Below, piece after piece: positions 50,301 to 59,785 of a stretch of 64,000 bases of DNA. Each line of letters starts with the position of its first letter. Position 1 is the first letter of the stretch. The stretch is from NCBI GenBank assembly GCA_963674945.2, contig CAXXWQ010000004.1:96001-160000 (forward strand), given 5' to 3'. Below the pieces are notes generated by a model. The model made no database searches, had not been told where the DNA came from, and saw only the letters and a program-made list of their open reading frames with translations. The position numbers were made by a program, and so were the translations under genes. This DNA comes from an uncultured Desulfosarcina sp. Its GTDB lineage: Bacteria > Desulfobacterota > Desulfobacteria > Desulfobacterales > Desulfosarcinaceae.

Positions 50301-50468
50301 GAAACGATCATATTGACGCTGAGCAATCCTAGCGGTGGCGCCGCCTTGGGTAGCAACGATACCGCGATTTTAACCATCAACGATAATGATAGCGCGAAAG
50401 AAGTTCCAGTTGAACCAGGTGGTGGTGGCGGTGGCGGCGGGTGTTTTGTCGACATGCTGCTTTACTAA
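47316..50468 (+). CDS. Secreted S8 subtilisin-family serine protease with Calx-beta domain and C-terminal G8-CFV tag
   Basis: Signal peptide; triad ADTG / HGTHVAG / GTSMATP; Calx-beta (FSVGENDG...TATAGSDY...ETIILTLSNP); ends GGGGGGGGCFVDMLLY. Confidence 0.92.
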   Translation: MNQLFKVKTFAIVGAFLFTIFVVWCPQSMATEAASEDIQHLAMGTVGDTPQDVSKAPQENAQTLMIHLGTAHFDPLDQQPAQISGLSTIQTYTEETAGYYIVQFDGPIQPDWKTTLKQAGVEIFDYVPEYAFIVRMPSATATSVRAMAHVRWVGIFQPLYRVSQSAVDMMYATTSEEAAEPVTLRVNIFPGESPEQMESLIQSLGGIVEEKSSTELKTTFKIKIPADKIKELAEINGIKWVEPVPQWKLFNNNSTDVMNVRAPRNTKGLYGSGQTVGIADTGLDQGSVNPNMLHDDFENGSGATRVLAIIDTAGDGDTSDTNGHGTHVAGSVLGNGRMSGSDPVSSNFPDTCFAGIAPKANLVFQASWDTSVDPPALNNPTDLNNLFRVARSAGADLHTNSWGASLAGQYTSTSQDVDEYMWNNKSFFIQFSAGNSGVDMDADGVIDLYSIGSPATAKNCLTVGASEGDRPSGAGYDMAWGTFHPYNFSAAPIASDHVSDNDRGIAAFSSRGPTLDGRHKPDIVAPGTNILSTRSSVGGNIWGAYPANSNYIWAGGTSMATPLTAGAAALMREYLVSKKGFSPPSAALIKAALINSAEDITPGQYGFGSDQEIPDSPVPNNVEGWGRLNLGDGVFPETPANILYYDHTAGLDTGEYNEYTINVTDTGAPLKINLVWTDYPGTPAAQGGLVNDLDLKVMDTNDVAHYPNHASKKSSLSTMNYNSGVNLSASTNNKRAIRFTPAAYPAFVESTTFNFINNAPVGTNVDVVVYDDDDTNGLPGTELFRKTLAYVPTGYVSVGIQGVVINNGDFYIAIEKSSSIQAIVIDNDGNPTNRSYWHNGLEWGLSSYTAYIRANIRTAAYSTSFDRVNNTLGITFDSPVVGNYTIRVAGFNVPQGPQPYALVASGHIQATQAGVLQFESGNFSVGENDGAATITVVRTGGTEGNVSLNYATSNGTATAGSDYTTASGTLNWSSGDDSKKRFTIPISDDNTIESSETIILTLSNPSGGAALGSNDTAILTINDNDSAKEVPVEPGGGGGGGGCFVDMLLY

Positions 50469-50610
50469 GACCCAAACGGAGCGATTTATGGGGAGAAGGG
50501 GGTACCCTAACAGCTACCCCCCCCAAGCAGCCTGGCATATGGATCATCCACCATGGTGGATAATCACTGCCGCTTCGATCAAACAAAAGAAATGTTTTTT
50601 CCTTCGGCTA

Positions 50611-52308
50611 CTAGTAACGCATCAATTCGTTGATAAAACAACCTCCACCTGAAGATCCCTTTCCAACGGCGTTTTCGCCTCCGGACCAACCGGTACCTTT
50701 TCCCGTACCGTCACCGTCGATCTCTTTCGGCAGGTCGCCTTTCACCACGGCGTTCGGATCATGGGTAACGGCAACAACGACATCGTCCGTATCGGTGGCA
50801 CCCAGACTGTCCGTGACGCGAAGCTGAAATATCATCGACGTGCCTTCCGCCAGATCGGGAATGGTAATCTCGGTGACAGGATTGTGCGGATTGCCGATTG
50901 TGACGACGGGTCCTTCCAACTGCTTCCATTGATAGGCGGCAATGGAAGCGCCGTCCGGATCGATCCCGGCACCCGCCAGCGTTCCAATACTTCCCGAAAG
51001 AGCTACCTGATCGCCTCCGGCATTTGCCGTCGGCGCGGTGTTGAGCGGCTCGATTCCGGTGATGGCCACCTGTGAGGTACGATCCCATAGATACGACCCC
51101 GTGCTGAAGGCGTTGGTGATATCGTAGTATCCATCATAGGATCCGGATTGACCGAAATTGATGTGGATCTTATCCGTCGGACCTTTCTGGTAACCATCCA
51201 CGACGGTCTCATGCCCGCCGGAATAATCCGCAAGAAAGATCGAAAGGATCACCGGTCTCGGAGGATCCGCATCCAGTTCGGATGTAAACAGCGAAAACCA
51301 TTGGTCGGAGGTATAATTGGAACGATGGTGCTCTTCCATGGAGGGGGTATACCGAAAATAGACGTCGAGAATATCATCGGCAAACGCAGCGCTGCTGGAA
51401 GCCTTGCATCCGTAAGCCATGTTTGTGGCAATCCCCATATCCGATATCAGCTGCGCCACTGCCTCGATTTCCGATGTGCCGGACCGGCTGTCCAATGCCC
51501 TCGGCATGAGATCCCACTGGTACGCATGGGAAAAATTGGCGCTCAGCGTGATCGTCGAACCGTTTGACGCCTGCCACGAATAGGAATGAGAACCGGTTCC
51601 TTTGGGCGGCCAGTTCCAATAGGCGGCAAGTTGTGCAAATGCCGTGGCGACACAGCCGGTCAATGTGTGCGCACAGCCACCATCTGCGGGAGTGAAAGAA
51701 TTATAGGGATCGAATTGTCCCCAGGAGGTCATGAGAACCGGCCCGACCGACTCCATATTTTCACCCGATACGGACTGGCTGCCGGTGAAATCGTCGGCAC
51801 CCGAAGAAAAGTCAACAGGATCCGTTTCGGAATACAATCTCCATGCCCCCGCAATCCTTTTCCTTGAATCTGTCGATGCAGCGGTTTGCAGATCGAGTTG
51901 GATTTCCCCATCATCGTTTCCGGCATCGGCGATATTCTCGAAAATCTCACGTGCGATCCATGATTCGAGGGAGCCTATGATTTCAATGCGATCCTCTTGA
52001 AAATCGGATGTCTCCGAATAAAGAAGAACCGGACTGCTGCCGAAATGACCCGCGATCAAAACATGCCCTGCCGGTGAAACCTCAAAATTGAATGCAATGC
52101 GTTTTCCACCAAAAATGATTTCATTTCCTTCGATAATTTCGGCGGCAGCGGAATTTCCCCATTTGCCGTAGTGCGATACGTGGTATCGGACAGTATTTTC
52201 TGCGACGACCCTTGCCAGCTCTTCGCTTACGACCTCACCATGGCAAGGTGCAACGAAAACAGTGACAATGATCCATCCATAAAGCCAATTTTTCCATAAA
52301 GACGACAT
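50611..52308 (-). CDS. Secreted C10 (streptopain-like) cysteine protease with PKD/Ig-like domain and C-terminal GGG-CFI tag
   Basis: WGQFDPYN, TGCVATAFAQ, GHETVVDGY, HINFG; APTANAGGDQ...FQLRVTD; ends SSGGGCFINELMRY. AAGGAG SD favours ATG 52308 over 52338. Confidence 0.85.
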   Translation of the reverse strand: MSSLWKNWLYGWIIVTVFVAPCHGEVVSEELARVVAENTVRYHVSHYGKWGNSAAAEIIEGNEIIFGGKRIAFNFEVSPAGHVLIAGHFGSSPVLLYSETSDFQEDRIEIIGSLESWIAREIFENIADAGNDDGEIQLDLQTAASTDSRKRIAGAWRLYSETDPVDFSSGADDFTGSQSVSGENMESVGPVLMTSWGQFDPYNSFTPADGGCAHTLTGCVATAFAQLAAYWNWPPKGTGSHSYSWQASNGSTITLSANFSHAYQWDLMPRALDSRSGTSEIEAVAQLISDMGIATNMAYGCKASSSAAFADDILDVYFRYTPSMEEHHRSNYTSDQWFSLFTSELDADPPRPVILSIFLADYSGGHETVVDGYQKGPTDKIHINFGQSGSYDGYYDITNAFSTGSYLWDRTSQVAITGIEPLNTAPTANAGGDQVALSGSIGTLAGAGIDPDGASIAAYQWKQLEGPVVTIGNPHNPVTEITIPDLAEGTSMIFQLRVTDSLGATDTDDVVVAVTHDPNAVVKGDLPKEIDGDGTGKGTGWSGGENAVGKGSSGGGCFINELMRY

Positions 52309-52345
52309 CGAGCTGATCTCCTTCCATTTTTCCTTCATGGAAAAG

Positions 52346-52372
52346 TTATCGCTCGATGTTTTTAATTCTTAA
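52346..52372 (-). promoter_or_regulatory. Candidate sigma-28 promoter for the C10 protease
   Basis: TTAAGAAT-N11-AGCGATAA on the minus strand. Confidence 0.5.
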
Positions 52373-52451
52373 GTAATATAGTGAAGTTGCATGAAAGCTT
52401 TTGGCGCATATCGCCGATTTCAAATTTGCCGTGCCTGAGCCATCGATTTCT

Positions 52452-52478
52452 TAAAGTTTCAAGGGAATTTACCGATCA
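52452..52478 (+). promoter_or_regulatory. Candidate sigma-28 promoter for the PAS-LuxR gene
   Basis: TAAAGTTT-N11-ACCGATCA. Confidence 0.65.
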
Positions 52479-52487
52479 TCATACTAT

Positions 52488-53969
52488 GTGGTCCCCCTCA
52501 CCGCTTCCGCTCACTTTGTGAAAAGTGCCCCGTTTCATACAAACCACATTACCTTGCGTTTGAATTGGATATCAAAATCGGAATCGAAACCGATTCCATG
52601 GGCCGCAATGCCAGAACGATTTGGCAAAATGGCATCGAAAACCAGCGTATTGAAAAACAATCTGACCATGGATTTACAAAAGACCAAAAATTGGGAAGAC
52701 GAAACCAGTAAACTGATGCAAATTCTGGAGGGCAATCCCGTCCCCACGTTTGTGATCGATGCGGACTCCAAAATCACCCACTGGAATCACGCCTGTGAAA
52801 TGCTGACACGGATACCGGCTTCTGACATCGTCGGCACGGACAAGCATCAGATGGTCATTTATCCTCGCCACAGGCCGCTTATGGCCGATCTTATCGTGAG
52901 CAACGCCGATGAAAATGAACTGCGCAGGCACTATGGCAATAGTTATCGAAAGTCTCAATTGATCACGGATGGATACGAAGGCGAAGCGTTTTTCCCGAAA
53001 ATGGGCGATAATGGCAAATGGCTGTTTTTCACCGCGGCCCCGATCAAGGATTCTGCCGGAAATATAACCGGCGCCATCGAAACCATTCAGGACATCACCG
53101 AGCAACGTGAGGCAGAAAAAAACCTTCGGGCCAGTGAAGCCCGTTATCATCAGCTTTTCGATTCCGCCAATGACAGTATTTTCGTGCTCAAAGACGGCAT
53201 TTTGGTCGATTGCAACCAGAAGGCCATGGAACTGTTCAACGATTCCCGAAAAAAGATGATCGGCCGGTCTCCCATTGATTTTTCTCCGCAGACCCAGCCC
53301 AATGGACAATCATCGATGGAGGAAATAAGAAAGCGGGAAGAAAATGCCCGACAGGGGATGCTTCAAATTTTCGAGTGGCGCTTTCTCCGAAGGGATGGAT
53401 CATGGTTTGATGCCGAGATCAGTCTGACCCATTTCCTGATCAATACGTCTTCACACACGTTGGCCATTGTTCGTGATATCACCGAACGAAAAAAAATGAT
53501 CCTCGCCCTTCAGGAGCGGGAAAAGGAACTGGACGAAAAGAGCCGCTACCTGGAGAAGGTCAACCAGGCGTTGAAAGCCTCTTTGGATCATCGGGAGGTC
53601 GAAAAACGGGCCGTGGAAGAAAATATGCTGGTCAACTTGAAACGGTTTGTCTTTCCCTATATAGAGGAGATCAGCCATTGCAGGCTGGACACCGATGCCA
53701 GAGCATACCTGAACATTATCGAAACCAACTTGAACGACATGGTTTCGCGATTTTCCAAAAGCATATTCTGGAAATACCTTGATTTGACGCCCACCGAAGT
53801 CCATATCGCCGACCTGATCCGCAGCGGGAAAAACTCCAAGGACATTGCCCAGATGCTGGGGTTGTCGCCTAGCTCGGTGCAGTGGCATCGCAAAAACATC
53901 CGTGAGAAGCTCGGATTGACCAATAAGAAGGTGAACCTTCAAATCTATCTGACATCCCTTTCCGAATAG
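52488..53969 (+). CDS. PAS-PAS-LuxR HTH transcriptional regulator
   Basis: Two PAS/PAC domains (ETIQDITEQ, IVRDITERK) and LTPTEVHIADLIRSGKNSKDIA...HRKNIREKLG. True start probably downstream (52608-52668). Confidence 0.88.
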   Translation: MVPLTASAHFVKSAPFHTNHITLRLNWISKSESKPIPWAAMPERFGKMASKTSVLKNNLTMDLQKTKNWEDETSKLMQILEGNPVPTFVIDADSKITHWNHACEMLTRIPASDIVGTDKHQMVIYPRHRPLMADLIVSNADENELRRHYGNSYRKSQLITDGYEGEAFFPKMGDNGKWLFFTAAPIKDSAGNITGAIETIQDITEQREAEKNLRASEARYHQLFDSANDSIFVLKDGILVDCNQKAMELFNDSRKKMIGRSPIDFSPQTQPNGQSSMEEIRKREENARQGMLQIFEWRFLRRDGSWFDAEISLTHFLINTSSHTLAIVRDITERKKMILALQEREKELDEKSRYLEKVNQALKASLDHREVEKRAVEENMLVNLKRFVFPYIEEISHCRLDTDARAYLNIIETNLNDMVSRFSKSIFWKYLDLTPTEVHIADLIRSGKNSKDIAQMLGLSPSSVQWHRKNIREKLGLTNKKVNLQIYLTSLSE

Positions 53970-54125
53970 ACAGCTCCGATTGTCGATGGACAAACAGGTG
54001 ACCGGTCGAGATGCAGGACGATTTGCAGCGTTTGTACGCGAGGCGGCGGCAACAGGGACATGGGATTCGTAAGGTGCCATGAAATGACTTCAGCTATGCA
54101 GTATGGCGGCAACGATCAGTACACA

Positions 54126-55013
54126 TTATCCGATAAAATTCACCAGGGTCGGTTGGATAACCTGCGCTGCCGTTGCCAAGAGCACCTCATATGCGGTCTG
54201 CTGAACTTGCATTTCTATTGCCGTTTCGGTGATATCGGCATCTTCAACATTCTGACGCATGGTTTCCACCGAATTACTGAAATTTTTCCAGTACTCTTCG
54301 GTTCTCTCCAATCTCTGATAATCGGAGGCATGATTGGCCCTGGCAAGCTCGATCTGTTGGGAGATGCGATCTAACGGTTCCAGGGCACTTTGGACGGCAT
54401 TCCGATCGAAGGGCTCTGTTGCAATGGCCGTTTCGAGATTGTCGAGAACCTGAAAGAGACTTATTTCTCCCGGTCCTCCGTAATCATCCACGAAAATGGA
54501 ACCATCCGCTTCGATCTTCACGGTGACGTCCGCACCGACCATGACCCGATGCGAACCGGCGTCACCTTGATACGTGTAAGGAGAAGTCTGGGTAAAAGGC
54601 TCGGTATCGCTCATATGGCCCGAAAAGATATAGCTTTCATCGTATTTGCTTTTTGACAAATTCAACACCTGATCTCGGATATTCCCAATCTCCTGGGCCA
54701 AAGCAGCCTTATCCTCCGTGTCCGGGTTTGCGGCAATGTCTCTGGCATCGTCGATGTAACTGTCCATCTGATCCAAGATGGATTCCGTGTATTCGATTCG
54801 TGTCTGGGCATCTACGATGTTTTCGCGATACTGTTCGATGGTCTGCAGCGTGGTCCGATAATCCAAAGCCTGGCCGACCCCGATGGGATCGTCGGACGGC
54901 TTGTTGATGCGCTTTCCGGTGGCAAGTTTTAATTGCGTCTCGATCAGCTGACTGCTCTGTCTGGCAAGGTTGGCCTTGATATGTTCGGCCATGATTCGGT
55001 TGCTGATTCTCAT
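54126..55013 (-). CDS. flgL: Flagellar hook-associated protein 3
   Basis: LATGKRINKPSDDP, YIFSG, EDADITE...PTLVNFI. Confidence 0.93.
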   Translation of the reverse strand: MRISNRIMAEHIKANLARQSSQLIETQLKLATGKRINKPSDDPIGVGQALDYRTTLQTIEQYRENIVDAQTRIEYTESILDQMDSYIDDARDIAANPDTEDKAALAQEIGNIRDQVLNLSKSKYDESYIFSGHMSDTEPFTQTSPYTYQGDAGSHRVMVGADVTVKIEADGSIFVDDYGGPGEISLFQVLDNLETAIATEPFDRNAVQSALEPLDRISQQIELARANHASDYQRLERTEEYWKNFSNSVETMRQNVEDADITETAIEMQVQQTAYEVLLATAAQVIQPTLVNFIG

Positions 55014-55040
55014 CCTACTCTCCTAAGAAAACGTTTGCCC

Positions 55041-56435
55041 TTATACCAGGTTCAAAAGCGTCTCGAGCATTTCATCCACGGCGGTCACGATTTTGGAGGC
55101 AGCACTGTATGCACTCTGAAACTGGACCATGTTCACCATTTCCTCGTCCATGGAAACGCCGGAAATCTCCTCCCGGTATGTGTCCAACTGCAAAGAGACC
55201 GTTGACTGATGCTCCGCATTCACAATTGCCTGGGATACGTATCTTCCGACATCGCTCACCAAACCATTGTAAAAATCGTCCATGGTCGCGCTGCTTCCGC
55301 TCATCAGCAGTCGATTCTGGATGTCGGCAATTTCGATGGCGTTTCCGTTGCCCCCGGGTACGCTTTCGGTATTCAAAGCCGCCGCGATCAAATTGACATC
55401 TGCCGCAATCGAGCTGTTTACCCTGATATCCGAAGCACCCGCAGAAATCGTAAAGAATTGTGTTCCCGCATCGCCATTGAGATCCAGACCCAAAACGTGC
55501 TGATCATTGACGGCATCGGCCATGGCCACGGCCAACTCATCCAAATCGCTTTCATAGCCAGGTATAATCTCGTCCCGGGCTTCAATCCAGCCTTTCAATT
55601 TACCGGTGGAGATATCGTCGGTGATGTTCGTTAACGCGCCGGTACCACTTTCCCAGAACACATCCTGGAATCCTTCGGTGTTGGTATCGGTGACCAAATT
55701 CCACGATTGTTCCTGCTCCACCAGGTTGTGACCGCCTGCCGTCGAAACGATCAGATACCCGTCTTCATCCTCGAAACTACTGACATCGATCAGGTTTGCC
55801 AGTTCCTTGTACTTTAGATCCCGCTCATCCCGAAATTCGTTTGCCACGTGGTCGCTGCCGTTTTCCATTTCGACAATCTTCATATTCAACTCGGCGATTT
55901 CCCGGGTCAATGTGTTGATATCGTCCACCGCGCCGGTAATGGAAAGATTGCTGTCCTCCCTGACCTGATTCAGATCCCTGGCCAGCTGATTGAATACCAG
56001 GGTCATGTTCTCGGCGTTGGCCAAAAGTGTGGCCCGCTCCGTATATCCAGAAGGATTGTTGACAACTTCCTGCCAGGAATTCCAGAATTCCGCCATGGCA
56101 CTGTTCAGACCGTACCCGGAGACATCGTCGAACATCAGTTCCGCCTTCTCCAACGTCTCCTGCTGCGCCTCCCACCGCCCCTGCTGTGCCGCCGATTCGG
56201 CCATCTGGGCACCCAAAAATTTGTCGTATATACGCTGAATGGAGGTAGCCTGAACACCGGTACTCATGGTACCGCCGTTGTAGTCCACGTAGCCACTTTG
56301 ATCGAGCACCAGCCGCTGTCGGGAGTACCCCTCCGTATCGGCATTGGCGATGTTGTTGGCGGTGATATTCAACGCTTTCTGCTGGGTTGCCAGGGCGGAT
56401 TTGGCAATGTTCATCATGCCTGAAATCGATGACAT
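55041..56435 (-). CDS. flgK: Flagellar hook-associated protein 1
   Basis: NNIANADTEGYSRQR, ISGVSMDEE...FQSAYSAASK. Confidence 0.95.
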   Translation of the reverse strand: MSSISGMMNIAKSALATQQKALNITANNIANADTEGYSRQRLVLDQSGYVDYNGGTMSTGVQATSIQRIYDKFLGAQMAESAAQQGRWEAQQETLEKAELMFDDVSGYGLNSAMAEFWNSWQEVVNNPSGYTERATLLANAENMTLVFNQLARDLNQVREDSNLSITGAVDDINTLTREIAELNMKIVEMENGSDHVANEFRDERDLKYKELANLIDVSSFEDEDGYLIVSTAGGHNLVEQEQSWNLVTDTNTEGFQDVFWESGTGALTNITDDISTGKLKGWIEARDEIIPGYESDLDELAVAMADAVNDQHVLGLDLNGDAGTQFFTISAGASDIRVNSSIAADVNLIAAALNTESVPGGNGNAIEIADIQNRLLMSGSSATMDDFYNGLVSDVGRYVSQAIVNAEHQSTVSLQLDTYREEISGVSMDEEMVNMVQFQSAYSAASKIVTAVDEMLETLLNLV

Positions 56436-56556
56436 AACGCCTACCCTTTACGTTTTGGACGGTTTTTGGTACAAGTTGGTTTCAACGTATTCACCTCATC
56501 CCAATAATGCTGTGGGAAGAACGCATCTTTATTTTCGAAGACCCGCCGACGGCGTT

Positions 56557-57069
56557 TCAAATGGAACCACGTAACACCCTCCCCCCACCACTGCGGTAAC
56601 CGGTAGAGGGCCTGGGCACACCATTGTTATGATAGACAGCGCGATCTTCCGTAATGTGTGTCAGGATTTTAATGGCCCCTTTGACCAGGTCCAGCTGATG
56701 ATGGATCAGTTTTTGATTTCGGTTGTTCTTTTCCCGAACCCGGACGAGCGTCGCTCGCAGACGGTCGGCGCATTGGGTCAATTGTTCCCCGGATGAAGGT
56801 TCGAAGCGTTTGGCCAGCTGACGTACCGTCGACGTTTGATTCGTCAGTCCGTATGTCATCGACAACTCTTCCACAAGTGGCTTTCTCGTTTCTTCCAATC
56901 GATGGAGTCTGAACACAAGTTCATCTTTTCTCTCCTGCACTTGATCGAACTGTTCTTTTTTCGAAAAAAAGATCGAGTCCCCCTCGTCGCTGAGTACCTG
57001 TTCCATTTCGAGATAAGCCGCCGTCTCTTCATCTAACGTGGCAAATAGCTTCTTGATTTTAGGATCCAT
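56557..57069 (-). CDS. flgN: Flagellar export chaperone FlgN
   Basis: Helical 170-aa protein (NNRNQKLI) between flgM and flgK. Confidence 0.75.
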   Translation of the reverse strand: MDPKIKKLFATLDEETAAYLEMEQVLSDEGDSIFFSKKEQFDQVQERKDELVFRLHRLEETRKPLVEELSMTYGLTNQTSTVRQLAKRFEPSSGEQLTQCADRLRATLVRVREKNNRNQKLIHHQLDLVKGAIKILTHITEDRAVYHNNGVPRPSTGYRSGGGRVLRGSI

Positions 57070-57093
57070 GTGGTATTGTCCTTGCCGATGCGA

Positions 57094-57426
57094 TTATCCG
57101 TCTGGGTTTACGCTTTCCATTGCCCTGTTGTTTTCCATTGTCTCGGCCATCAGATTCGATGCGATCCAATCTTTTTGTATACGATAGGTCCCCTGTTCGA
57201 TCTGCTGTTTTAAGGCACTGATACGATCTTCACGGACGTCCGGCATCTGACGGGATCGTTCGATTGCACTTTTCAGGCTCCGACCATGATTCGTCAGGTG
57301 AACGGCATCCGCCTGGGCCGAATGATCTTTCGACGCAATCGTTTCTCGTTTCGGTTTCGATACCAATGGCGACGATCGGGCATTGTCGACAAATGGTGGA
57401 ATTGAAAGTTTTTCGGAAAAGTCCAT
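57094..57426 (-). CDS. flgM: Anti-sigma-28 factor FlgM
   Basis: DAVHLT, PDVREDRISALKQQIEQGTYRI...IA; GGAG SD before ATG 57426. Confidence 0.88.
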   Translation of the reverse strand: MDFSEKLSIPPFVDNARSSPLVSKPKRETIASKDHSAQADAVHLTNHGRSLKSAIERSRQMPDVREDRISALKQQIEQGTYRIQKDWIASNLMAETMENNRAMESVNPDG

Positions 57427-57491
57427 TTCGGTCTCCTGATCCCCATTGTGGGGTATTCCCACGGTTGCCAAATCTGAATCGGCTGCATTTA

Positions 57492-57519
57492 ATATCGGCA
57501 CTTGCCGACGTTGGCTTTA
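57492..57519 (-). promoter_or_regulatory. Sigma-28 promoter upstream of flgM
   Basis: TAAA-N16-GCCGATAT; spacer one base longer than consensus. Confidence 0.6.
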
Positions 57520-57561
57520 GGATACCGATGGACCGAAACCACCTTTGTCCACTTGACGTTG

Positions 57562-57900
57562 TTATTGGCTCTCCCGTAACTGATCGAAAAGCAAACGAGA
57601 GATGCCGATCCCCCCGGTTTCCGACATTTCTACGGCTGTCTTTTCATCCATCATTCCGGTAAACACCTTTTGGGCCATGGAGGGTGGGAACAGCACGGAA
57701 TCCGGAACTGTTTTTCGCATCTCCCGAATCATCATATGAAGAAAAAGAGATTCGAATTGCCGGCATGCATCCTCCAGCTTTTCGTCGGAACGATTGTCGC
57801 CGGAAAGTTTTCGGTCGATATTTTCAACTGCACGTTCCTGGCCGGTCTGTCGCAAGGCAAAGAGACCGGAATCCATTTGCATTTGGCTTATGTCGGCCAT
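57562..57900 (-). CDS. flgJ: Rod-binding protein (single-domain FlgJ)
   Basis: LEDACRQFESLFLHMMIREMRKTVP, GGIGISRLLFDQL. Confidence 0.88.
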   Translation of the reverse strand: MADISQMQMDSGLFALRQTGQERAVENIDRKLSGDNRSDEKLEDACRQFESLFLHMMIREMRKTVPDSVLFPPSMAQKVFTGMMDEKTAVEMSETGGIGISRLLFDQLRESQ

Positions 57901-59006
57901 CAGATCACCTCCAGGTCCGCCTGCAAGGCGCCGGCCGCCTTGATGGCCTGAAAAATGGCAATCAAGTCCCGGGGCGTGACACCCAGCGCATTTAAGGCCT
58001 TGACCACCTGTCCGATACTCACTCCCTTTGGCACCACCATCAGCTGATTGGCGTCTTCCTGCACATCGAGTCGTGTATTTGGCGACACCACGGTTTGGCC
58101 TCTTGATAACGGCAACGGCTGAGAGACATCTGCCTCCTCCTTGACCACGATACTTAAATTGCCATGTGCGATGGCGATGGTGGAAATTCGTACCTGCTCT
58201 CCCATGACCACGGTTCCGGTTCTCTCGTTGATGACGACCTTTGCATCGTTATCCGGCTCCACTTCCAGCGTGCTTAAAGATGCCAACAAGGGAACCGTAT
58301 TTCCCAGGTATTGATCGGGGATCCGGATCTCGATGGTGCCGGCATCTTCGGCACGGGCAATGGGCTGTGCAAATTGCGCATTAATGGTCTCCACCACCCG
58401 CGCGGCCGTGTTGAAATCCGGATTGTGGAGGCTGAACATAAGGTTTTCTTGATCATTGAAGGCATTGGGAACTTCTCTTTCGATAATGGCACCGGAAAGG
58501 ACGCGACCGACAGTGGGGAAATTTTTCACAACGGATGACGCCGCTCCCCCGACTGCGAATCCACCCGTATTCACAGGTCCCTGGGCTATCGCGTAAATTT
58601 TTCCATCGACACCCTTCAGCGGCGTCAACATGAGTGTTCCACCCTGAAGATTCTTGGCATCCCCGATGGAACTGACCAATACGTCGAGTCGATTTCCCCT
58701 TCTGGAAAACGGCGGCAGCGTTGTGGTTACCATGACGGCCGCAACATTTTTTACCTGAATATCCTTCTGATCGATGGTGACGCCCATTTTTTCCAACATG
58801 GACGCCATGGACTGCAGGGTGAATGCAGCCTTCTTTCCATCCCCCGTCCCATCCAGCCCAACCACGAGGCCGTATCCGACCAATTGGTTCTTCCGGACGC
58901 CGTTGATTTCAGCAATATCCTTGAGACGGACGGCGAGCGCCGTATTGCTCCATACCATGGCGATTACGGTCAGGAGCATGATAATTCGGATACGTGTCGT
59001 TCTCAT
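57900..59006 (-). CDS. flgI: Flagellar P-ring protein
   Basis: RLKDI, NQLVGYGLVVGLDGTGD, KNVAAVMV, GALQADL. Confidence 0.97.
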   Translation of the reverse strand: MRTTRIRIIMLLTVIAMVWSNTALAVRLKDIAEINGVRKNQLVGYGLVVGLDGTGDGKKAAFTLQSMASMLEKMGVTIDQKDIQVKNVAAVMVTTTLPPFSRRGNRLDVLVSSIGDAKNLQGGTLMLTPLKGVDGKIYAIAQGPVNTGGFAVGGAASSVVKNFPTVGRVLSGAIIEREVPNAFNDQENLMFSLHNPDFNTAARVVETINAQFAQPIARAEDAGTIEIRIPDQYLGNTVPLLASLSTLEVEPDNDAKVVINERTGTVVMGEQVRISTIAIAHGNLSIVVKEEADVSQPLPLSRGQTVVSPNTRLDVQEDANQLMVVPKGVSIGQVVKALNALGVTPRDLIAIFQAIKAAGALQADLEVI

Positions 59007-59022
59007 GATGCAATCTTTCTAT

Positions 59023-59775
59023 TTAAAATGGCCACACTTTCAGCACCAACCCGGTAAGCCATCCCGGTTTTTGCCTGTCGTTGATCACCCCTGTGCCGCT
59101 GTAGGAAATTTTTGCATCGGCCACATAGGTAGACAATACCTGATTGGCGGCATCGATGTCCCTGGGACGTACGACACCGGTCAACTCGATGATCTGATTT
59201 TCGTTGTTGATCAAGACTTCCCGGGAACCGGTGACCACAAGGTTGCCGTTGGGCAATACCTGGGTGACCTTTGCGGTAATGTAGGCATTCAGATCGCCGC
59301 TTCTCTGTGTTGCACCGTTGCCTTGGAATTCACTTTCGAGACCGCCTGCCACTTTGGAAAAGGGGTTGAAAAACGGTTGATCGGATGGGAACCGCTTCTC
59401 GGCGTTAAAGAAAGCGTCCACACTGGCACTGAGCGAAGAGGTCCGATCCGTTGCCGTACTTGCCGAGTTGGAAGCCGTGGACGATTCGGTAATTTTTATT
59501 GTAACGATGTCTCCCACGGTGCGTGCCTTCTGGTCCTCGAACATGGAAATCAATGGTGCATTCTCCCGCCACAGGGAACCATCTGCATTTTCCACAGCTG
59601 CCGTCTCTTGCAGCACTACCGTCTGTGGCAAAGGCATCGTTTCCGGACCAGTGGTCAGATCTGCCCTCCCCGTTTCCGATTGTGCTGCACAGCCGACCAT
59701 ACTGACGATCAGAATCGTGAATACGACAATCGGCCCAAAACGATTGTAAACAAAGGATTTGTTTTTCGTTTGCAT
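59023..59775 (-). CDS. flgH: Flagellar L-ring lipoprotein
   Basis: Lipobox MVGC; FEDQKARTVGDIVT, LPNGNL, GVVRPRDI, PGWL...WPF. Confidence 0.95.
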   Translation of the reverse strand: MQTKNKSFVYNRFGPIVVFTILIVSMVGCAAQSETGRADLTTGPETMPLPQTVVLQETAAVENADGSLWRENAPLISMFEDQKARTVGDIVTIKITESSTASNSASTATDRTSSLSASVDAFFNAEKRFPSDQPFFNPFSKVAGGLESEFQGNGATQRSGDLNAYITAKVTQVLPNGNLVVTGSREVLINNENQIIELTGVVRPRDIDAANQVLSTYVADAKISYSGTGVINDRQKPGWLTGLVLKVWPF

Positions 59776-59785
59776 TCTTTTCTCC

